From NCBI GenBank assembly GCA_002189035.1, contig NEEC01000176.1:1-60906 (forward strand): DNA of 60,906 nt. The letters run 5' to 3'. Source of the stretch: Utricularia gibba (taxonomy: Eukaryota > Plantae > Magnoliophyta). A model generated the notes under the pieces. It was not told the DNA's origin, searched no databases, and saw nothing but the letters and a program-made list of their open reading frames with translations. Numbering within the stretch: position 1 is the first letter of the stretch; each line of letters starts with the position of its first letter. Both the position numbers and the translations under genes were made by a program. Shown here piece after piece: positions 52,401-60,906 of this stretch.

Positions 52401-55400
52401 GGTTTTTCAAGCAACAGCTTGCCGTTTTAAGGCGGGTGCTGTCGTTGGCAGCTTTGTAAGGGCCCAAGGTTTGGTCTGGCTCCTGAGCCCAATCGGGTCC
52501 TACTCGATGAAAATCGTGATGCATTTAATGAAGTTAGGATGTCATGAGCGCCCCAAATGGTTTTCTCAACAACCTGATTTATATTGACGAGGTGCTCTAG
52601 GCTGGCACTAGTATCGAGCAAATGGTCGAGTCGCGCTCTGGCCCATAGTCATTTGTAGCCCGGCCAAAAAAGTGATGCATTTATTAACGTTGGGTTTTCG
52701 GCGGCTGCCTACATGCTTTTTCAAGGAAAAGTTGTCGTTTTTTGCGGGTGCTGTTGTTGGGAACTTCGTCCGGACCCAAGGTTCGGTCTGACTTCACAGC
52801 ACAATAAGGTCCCATTCGACGAAAATCGTGACCTTTATTGAAGTTAGGATCTCATGACCACCCCAAATGCTTTTTTCAACAGCATGCTTTAAACTTGAGA
52901 AGGCGCTTTTGTGGGTCACCCAGATCGGCCGGAATTCGGGTCGGGCTTGGGGGACAAAGTCAGCTGTAGCCCGTCAAAAGAAGTGATGCATTTATTAACG
53001 TTGGGTTGTCGGCGGCTGCCCACATGGTTTTTCAAGCAACAGCTTGCCGTTTTAAGGCGGGTGCTGTCGTGGCAGCTTTGTAAGGCCCAAGGTTTCGGTC
53101 AGGCTCCTGAGCCTAATCGGGTCCTACTCGATGAAAATCGTGATGCATTTGCTTTTGTTAGGATGTCATGAGCCCAATGACTCTACTTTATATTTGAGAA
53201 GGCGCTCTCGGGGGTTTTGGATTGGTCGGGTCGCTCAGCCATAGTCAGTTGTAGCCCGGAAAATAAGTGATGCATTTATCAACGTTGGGTTTTCGGCGGC
53301 TGCCTAAATGGTTTTTCAAGCAACAGCTTGCCGTTTTAAGGCGGGTGCTGTCGTTGGCAGCTTTGTAAGGGCCCAAGGTTGGTCTGGCTCCTGAGCCCAA
53401 TCGGTCCTACTCGATGAAAATCGTGATGCATTTAATGAAGTTAGGATGTCATGAGCGCCCCAAATGGTTTTCTCAACAACCTGATTTATATTTGACGAGG
53501 TGCTCTAGGCTGCACTAGTATCGAGCAAATGGTCGAGTCGCGCTCTGGCCCATAGTCATTTGTAGCCCGGCCAAAAAAGTGATGCATTTATTAACGTTGG
53601 GTTTCGGCGGCTGCCTACATGCTTTTTCAAGGAAAAGTTGTCGTTTTTTGGCGGGTGCTGTTGTTGGGAACTTCGTCGGACCCAAGGTTCGGTCTGACTT
53701 CACAGCACAATAAGGTCCCATTCGACGAAAATCGTGATACCTTTATTGAAGTTAGGATCTCATGACCACCCCAAATGCTTTTTTCAACAGCATGCTATAC
53801 ACTTGAGAAGGCACTTTTGTGGGTCACCGAGATCGGGCCGGAATTCGGGTCGAGCTCTGGCCCAAAGTCAGCTGTAGCCCGACAAAGAAGTGATGCATTT
53901 ATTAACGTTGGTTGTCGGCGGCTGCCCACATGGTTTTTCAAGCAACAGCTTGCCGTTTTAAGGCGGGTGCTGTCGTTGGCAGCTTTGTAAGGGCCCAAGG
54001 TTTGGTCTGGCTCCTGAGCCCAATCGGGTCCTACTCGATGAAAATCGTGATGCATTTAATGAAGTTAGGATGTCATGAGCGCCCCAAATGGTTTTCTCAA
54101 CAACCTGATTTTATTCGACGAGGTGCTTTAAGCTGGCTCTAGTATCGAGCAAATGGTCGAGTCGCGCTCTGGCCCACAGTCATTCTTGGCCCGGCCAAAA
54201 AAGTGATGCATTTATTAACGTTGGGTTTTCGGCGGCTGCCTACATGCTTTTTCAAGGAAAAGTTGTCGTTTTTTGGCGGGTGCTGTTGTTGGGAACTTCG
54301 TCCGGACCCAAGGTTCGGTCTGACTTCACAGCACAATAAGGTCCCATTCGACGAAAATCGTGATACCTTTATTGAAGTTAGGATCTCATGACCACCCCAA
54401 ATGCTTTTTTCAATAGCATGCTATACACTTGAGAAAGCGCTTTTGTGGGTCACCGAGATCGGGCCGAGGTCGGGTCGGGCTCTTGCCCATAGTCAGTTGT
54501 AGCCCGAAAATAAGTCATGCATTTATCAACGTTGGGTTTCGGCGGCTGCCTAAATGGTTTTTCAAGCAATAGCTTGCCGTTTAAGGCGGGTGCTGTCGTT
54601 GGCAGCTTTGTAAGGGCCCAAGGTTTTCTGGCTCCTGAGCCCAATCGGGTCCTACTCGATGAAAATCGTGATGCATTTAATGAAGTTAGGATGTCATGAG
54701 CGCCCCAAATGGTTTTCTCAACAACCTGATTTTTATTCGACGAGGTGCTTAAGCTGGCTCTAGTATCGAGCAAATGGTCGAGTCGCGCTCTGGCCCACAG
54801 TCATTTGGCCCGGCCAAAAAAGTGATGCATTTATTAACGTTGGGTTTTCGGCGGCTGCCTACATGCTTTTTCAAGGAAAAGTTGTCGTTTTTTGGCGGGT
54901 GCTGTTGTTGGGAACTTCGTCCGGACCCAAGGTTCGGTCTGACTTCACAGCACAACAAGGTCCCATTCGACGAAAATCGTGATACCTTTATTGAAGTTAG
55001 GATCTCATGACCACCCCAAATGCTTTTTTCAATAGCATGCTATACACTTGAGAAGCGCTTTTCTGGGTCACGAGATCGGGCCAGAGGTCGGGTCGGGCTC
55101 TTGCCCATAGTCAGTGTAGCCCGGAAAATAAGTGCATTTATCAATGTTGGGTTTCGGCGGCTGCCTAAATGGTTTTTCAAGCAATAGCTTGCCGTTTAAG
55201 GCGGGTGCTGTCGTTGGCAGCTTTGTAAGGGCCCAAGGTTTGGTCTGGCTCCTGAGCCCAATCGGTCCTACTCGATGAAAATCGTGATGCATTTAATGAA
55301 GTTAGGATGTCATGAGCGCCCAAATGGTTTTCTCAACAACCTGATTTATATTTGACGAGGTGCTCTAGGTGGCACTAGTATCGAAAAATGGTCGAGTCGC

Positions 55401-57425
55401 GCTCTGGCCCATAGTCATTTGTAGCCCGGCCAAAAAAGTGATGCATTTATTAACGTTGGGTTTTCGGCGGCTGCCTACATGCTTTTTCAAGGAAAAGTTG
55501 TCGTTTTTTGGCGGGTGCTGTTGTTGGGAACTTCGTCCGGACCCAAGGTTCGGTCTGACTTCACAGCACAATAAGGTCCCATTCGACGAAAATCGTGATA
55601 CCTTTATTGAAGTTAGGATCTCATGACCACCCCAAATGCTTTTTTCAACAGCATGCTATACACTTGAGAAGCGCTTTTCTGGGTCACCGAGATCGGGCCG
55701 AATCGGGTCGGGCTCTTGCCCAAGTCAGTTGTAGCCCGGAAAATAAGTCATGCATTTATTAATGTTGGGTTTCCGGCGGCTGCCTAAATGGTTTTTCAAG
55801 CAACAGCTTGCCGTTTAAGGCGGGTGCTGTCGTTGGCAGCTTTGTAAGGGCCCAAGGTTTGGTCTGGCTCCTGAGCCCAATCGGTCCTACTCGATGAAAA
55901 TCGTGATGCATTTAATGAAGTTAGGATGTCATGAGCGCCCAAATGGTTTTCTCAACAACCTGATTTATATTTGACGAGCTGCTCTAGGTGGCACTAGTAT
56001 CGAACAAATGGTCGAGTCGCGCTCTGGCCCATAGTCATTTGTAGCCCGGCCAAAAAAGTGATGCATTTATTAACGTTGGGTTTTCGGCGGCTGCCTACAT
56101 GCTTTTTCAAGGAAAAGTTGTCGTTTTTTGGCGGGTGCTGTTGTGGGAACTTCGTCCGGACCCAAGGTTCGGTCTGACTTCACAGCACAATAAGGTCCCA
56201 TTCGACGAAAATCGTGATACCTTTATTGAAGTTAGGATCTCATGACCACCCCAAATGCTTTTTTCAACAGCATGCTATACACTTGAGAAGGCGCTTTTGT
56301 GGGTCACCGAGATCGGGCCGAATTCGGGTCGAGCTCGGGCCCAAAGTCAGCTGTAGCCCGACAAAAGAAGTGATGCATTTATTAACGTTGGGTTGTCGGC
56401 GGCTGCCCACATGGTTTTTCAAGCAACAGCTTGCCGTTTTAAGGCGGGTGCTGTCGTTGGCAGCTTTGTAAGGGCCCAAGGTTTGGTCTGGCTCCTGAGC
56501 CCAATCGGGTCCTACTCGATGAAAATCGTGATGCATTTAATGAAGTTAGGATGTCATGAGCGCCCCAAATGGTTTTCTCAACAACCTGATTTATATTTGA
56601 CGAGGTGCTTAGCTGGCACTAGTATCGAGCAAATGGTCGAGTCGCGCTCTGGCCCATAGTCATTTTGCCCGGCCAAAAAAGTGATGCATTTATTAACGTT
56701 GGGTTTTCGGCGGCTGCCTACATGCTTTTTCAAGGAAAAGTTGTCGTTTTTTGGCGGGTGCTGTTGTTGGGAACTTCGTCCGGACCCAAGGTTCGGTCTG
56801 ACTTCACAGCACAAAAGGTCCCATTCGACGAAAATCGTGATACCTTTATTGAAGTTAGGATCTCATGACCACCCCAAATGCTTTTTTCAACAGCATGCTT
56901 TAAACTTGAGAAGGCGCTTTTGTGGGTCACCCAGATCGGGCCGGAATTCGGGTCGGGCTTGGGGGACAAAGTCAGCTGTAGCCCGTCAAAAGAAGTGATG
57001 CATTTATTAACGTTGGGTTGTCGGCGGCTGCCCACATGGTTTTTCAAGCAACAGCTTGCCGTTTTAAGGCGGTGCTGTCGTTGGCAGCTTTGTAAGGGCC
57101 AAGGTTCGGTCAGCCCAATCGGTCCTACTCGATGAAAATCGTGATGCATTTGCTTTTGTTAGGATGTCATGAGAACCCCAATGGGTTTTCTCCACACTCT
57201 ACTTTATATTGAGAAGGCGCTCTCGATTGGCCAGAGGTCGGGTCGGGCTCGCCCATAGTCAGTTGTAGCCCGGAAAATAAGTGATGCATTTATCAACGTT
57301 GGGTTTTCGGCGGCTGCCTAAATGGTTTTTCAAGCAACAGCTTGCCGTTATGCTGTGGTTGGCAGCTTTGTAAGGGCCAAGGTTTGGTCTGGCTCCTGAG
57401 CCCAATCGGTCCTACTCGATGAAAA
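49401..57425 (+). repeat. 13-mer higher-order repeat, two copies (49401-53420, 53421-57425): A-B-A-D-A-D-A-D-A-B-A-B2-C
   Basis: Copy 1 monomer starts: 49401, 49715, 50028, 50341, 50650, 50957, 51264, 51577, 51888, 52200, 52514, 52826, 53138. Copy 2: 53421, 53732, 54045, 54358, 54666, 54977, 55282, 55593, 55901, 56212, 56526, 56835, 57139. Private variants recur at a ~4.02-kb offset. Confidence 0.9.
50341..50649 (+). repeat. Type D monomer: B/C chimera
   Basis: B-type start (TCGTGATACCTTTATTGAAG...CACCGAGATCGGGCC) switches at GGGCC 50443-50447 to C-type sequence (AGAGGTCGGGTCGGGCTC...GAAAATAAGTCATGCATTTATC...GCCTAAATGG). Confidence 0.88.
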
Positions 57426-60400
57426 TCGTGATGCATTTAATGAAGTTAGGATGTCATGAGCGCCCCAAATGGTTTTCTCAACAACCTGATTTATATTTGA
57501 CGAGGTGCTCTAGGCTGGCACTAGTATCGAGCAAATGGTCGAGTCGCGCTCTGGCCCATAGTCATTTGTAGCCCGGCCAAAAAAGTGATGCATTTATTAA
57601 CGTTGGGTTTTCGGCGGCTGCCTACATGCTTTTTCAAGGAAAAGTTGTCGTTTTTTGGCGGGTGCTGTTGTTGGGAACTTCGTCCGGACCCAAGGTTCGG
57701 TCTGACTTCACAGCACAATAAGGTCCCATTCGACGAAAATCGTGATACCTTTATTGAAGTTAGGATCTCATGACCACCCCAAATGCTTTTTTCAACAGCA
57801 TGCTTTAAACTTGAGAAGGCGCTTTTGTGGGTCACCCAGATCGGGCCGGAATTCGGGTCGGGCTTGGGGGACAAAGTCAACTGTAGCCCGTCAAAAGAAG
57901 TGATGCATTTATTAACGTTGGGTTGTCGGCGGCTGCCACATGGTTTTCAAGCAACAGCTTGCCGTTTTAAGGCGGGTGCTGTCGTTGGGCTTTGTAAGGT
58001 CCCAAGGTTCGGTCAGGCTCCTGAGCCCAATCGGGTCCTACTCGATGAAAATCGTGATGCATTTGCTTTTGTTAGGATGTCATGAGAACCCAATGGGTTT
58101 CTCCACACTCTACTTTATATTTGAGAAGGCGCTCTCGGGGGGTTGGGATTGGGCCAGAGGTCGGGTCGGGCTCATGCCCATAGTCAGTTGTAGCCCGGAA
58201 AATAAGTGATGCATTTATCAACGTTGGGTTTTCGGCGGCTGCCTAAATGGTTTTTCAAGCAACAGCTTGCGTTTTTAAGGCGGGTGCTGTCGTTGGCAGC
58301 TTTGTAAGGGCCCAAGGTTTGGTCTGGCTCCTGAGCCCAATCGGGTCCTACTCGATGAAAATCGTGATGCATTTAATGAAGTTAGGATGTCATGAGCGCC
58401 CCAAATGGTTTTCTCAACAACCTGATTTTATATTGACGAGGTGCTCTAGGCTGGCACTAGTATCGAGCAAATGGTCGAGTCGCGCTCTGGCCCATAGTCA
58501 TTTGTAGCCCGGCAAAAAGTGATGCATTTATTAACGTTGGGTTTTCGGCGGCTGCCTACATGCTTTTTCAAGGAAAAGTTGTCGTTTTTTGGCGGGTGCT
58601 GTTGTTGGGAACTTCGTCCGGACCCAAGGTTCGGTCTGACTTCACAGCACAATAAGGTCCCATTCGACGAAATCGTGATACCTTTATTGAAGTTAGGATC
58701 TCATGACCACCCCAAATGCTTTTTTCAACAGCATGCTTTAAACTTGAGAAGGCGCTTTTGTGGGTCACCGAGATCGGGCCGGAATTCGGGTCGGGCTTGG
58801 GGGCAAAGTCAGCTGTAGCCCGACAAAAGAAGTGATGCATTTATTAACGTTGGGTTGTCGGCGGCTGCCCACATGGTTTTCAAGCAACAGCTTGCCGTTT
58901 TAAGGCGGGTGCTGTCGTTGGCAGCTTTGTAAGGGCCCAAGGTTCGGTCTGGCTCCTGAGCCCAATCGGGTCCTACTCGATGAAAATCGTGATGCATTTG
59001 CTTTTGTTAGGATGTCATGAGAACCCCAATGGGTTTTCTCCACACTCTACTTTATATTTGAGAAGGCGCTCTCGGGGGAATTGGGCCAGAGGTCGGGTCG
59101 GGCTCATGCCCATAGTCAGTTGTAGCCCGGAAAATAAGTGATGCATTTATCAACGTTGGGTTTCGGCGGCTGCCTAAATGGTTTTCAAGCAACAGCTTGC
59201 CGTTTTAAGGCGGTGCTGTCGTTGGCAGCTTTGTAAGGCCCAAGGTTTGGTCTGGCTCCTGAGCCCAATCGGGTCCTACTCGATGAAAATCGTGATGCAT
59301 TTAATGAAGTTAGGATGTCATGAGCGCCCCAAATGGTTTTCTCAACAACCTGATTTATATTTGACGAGGTGCTCTAGCTGGCACTAGTATCGAGCAAATG
59401 GTCGAGTCGCGCTCTGGCCCATAGTCATTTGTAGCCCGGCCAAAAAAGTGATGCATTTATTAACGTTGGGTTTTCGGCGGCTGCCTACATGCTTTTTCAA
59501 GGAAAAGTTGTCGTTTTTTGGCGGGTGCTGTTGTTGGGAACTTCGTCCGGACCCAAGGTTCGGTCTGACTTCACAGCACAATAAGGTCCCATTCGACGAA
59601 AATCGTGATACCTTTATTGAAGTTAGGATCTCATGACCCCCCAAATGCTTTTTTCAACAGCATGCTATACACTTGAGAAGGCGCTTTTGGGGTCACCGAG
59701 ATCGGGCCGGAATTCGGGTCGAGCTCGGCCCAAAGTCAGCTGTAGCCCGACAAAAGAAGTGATGCATTTATTAACGTTGGGTTGTCGGCGGCTGCCCACA
59801 TGGTTTTTCAAGCAACAGCTTGCCGTTTTAAGGCGGGTGCTGTCGTTGGCAGCTTTGTAAGGGCCCAAGGTTTGGTCTGGCTCCTGAGCCCAATCGGGTC
59901 CTACTCGATGAAAATCGTGATGCATTTAATGAAGTTAGGATGTCATGAGCGCCCCAAATGGTTTTCTCAACAACCTGATTTTTATTCGACGAGGTGCTTT
60001 AAGCTGGCTCTAGTATCGAGCAAATGGTCGAGTCGCGCTCTGGCCCATAGTTTGGCCCGGCCAAAAAAGTGATGCATTTATTAACGTTGGGTTTTCGGGC
60101 TGCCTACATGCTTTTTCAAGGAAAAGTTGTCGTTTTTGGCGGGTGCTGTTGTTGGGAACTTCGTCCGGACCCAAGGTTCGGTCTGACTTCACAGCACAAT
60201 AAGGTCCCATTCGACGAAAATCGTGATACCTTTATTGAAGTTAGGATCTCATGACCACCCCAAATGCTTTTTTCAACAGCATGCTATACACTGAGAAGGC
60301 GCTTTTGTGGGTCACCGAGATCGGGCCGAATTCGGGTCGGGCTCTTGCCCAAGTCAGTTGTAGCCCGAAAAAGAAGTGATGCATTTATTAACGTTGGGTT

Positions 60401-60906
60401 TCGGCGGCTGCCTACATGGTTTTTCAAGCAACAGCTTGCCGTTTAAGGCGGGTGCTGTCGTTGGCAGCTTTGTAAGGGCCAAGGTTTGGTCTGGCTCCTG
60501 AGCCCAATCGGGTCCTACTCGATGAAAATCGTGATGCATTTAATGAAGTTAGGATGTCATGAGCGCCCCAAATGGTTTTCTCAACAACCTGATTTATATT
60601 TGACGAGGTGCTCTAGTTGGCACTAGTATCGAACAAATGGTCGAGTCGCGCTCTGGCCATAGTCATTTGTAGCCCGGCCAAAAAAGTGATGCATTTATTA
60701 ACGTTGGGTTTTCGGCGGCTGCCTACATGCTTTTTCAAGGAAAAGTTGTCGTTTTTTGGCGGGTGCTGTTGTGGGAACTTCGTCCGGACCCAAGGTTCGG
60801 TCTGACTTCACACAGCAAATAAGGTCCCATTCGACGAAAATCGTGATACCTTTATTGAAGTTAGGATCTCATGACCACCCCAAATGCTTTTTTCAACAGC
60901 ATGCTA
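57426..60906 (+). repeat. Mixed distal domain: A-B2-C, A-B2-C, then A-B-A-D-like-A-B (partial)
   Basis: Monomer starts at 57426, 57740, 58052 (C), 58362, 58673, 58987 (C), 59290, 59603, 59915, 60221 (D-like), 60529 and 60841. Confidence 0.85.

Larger units (their letters stand above)
1..60906 (+). repeat. Tandem satellite DNA array, ~313-bp monomer, about 195-197 head-to-tail copies, all in one orientation
   Basis: The anchor GAAAATCGTGAT recurs about every 313 bp (TCGTGAT at 1, 314, 627, 933, 1247, 1561 ... 60221, 60529, 60841). No unique sequence longer than ~50 bp was found. The same short ORFs recur throughout the ORF track. Confidence 0.99.

Noticed and set aside
95-60805. Hundreds of 60-120 aa ORFs on both strands
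   Set aside because: They are the same few translations of the satellite, repeatedly broken by indels. I recognise no protein family in them and they overlap in several frames.
1-60906. CRISPR-like array (conserved GTGATGCATTTA every ~156 bp)
   Set aside because: The intervening sequences are repeated homologs, not unique 25-45 bp spacers. There is no leader and no cas gene.
1-60906. 5S rDNA array, rDNA spacer subrepeats or tRNA repeats
   Set aside because: I found no recognisable 5S, 18S, 5.8S, 25S or tRNA sequence in any monomer type.
1-60906. Inverted satellite blocks or large hairpins
   Set aside because: All anchors read in the same orientation across the window. Only short palindromes of about 8 bp or less (e.g. 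CGAGCTCG) were seen.

Overview
The whole 60.9 kb window is one uninterrupted, single-orientation satellite DNA array of about 195-197 monomers of ~313 bp (about 49% GC by hand count of bases 1-600). I found no credible gene, RNA gene, transposon or CRISPR array; every ORF in the track is a translation of the repeat. The interest is in the architecture. Each 313-bp monomer is two diverged ~156-bp halves. Monomers fall into types A, B and C, plus a B/C chimera (D), and follow a strict order. The domains from left to right are: an (AB)n 626-bp dimer; irregular C(AB)1-3; a scrambled 581-bp junction; a homogeneous 5-mer higher-order repeat (HOR, ~1.57 kb, 16 copies plus one 3-mer); two copies of a ~4.0-kb 13-mer HOR built on the chimeric monomer; and a mixed tail. 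Monomer size, the SacI site and degenerate TTTAGGG motifs recall the Silene latifolia distal-end X43.1/SacI family, but that is an unverified recollection that needs a BLAST search. Frequent 1-bp homopolymer losses and a few scrambled patches suggest noisy long-read consensus, so fine-scale lesions should be checked against reads. I do not see a new gene system; the best candidate for novelty is the nested, rule-following HOR organisation.
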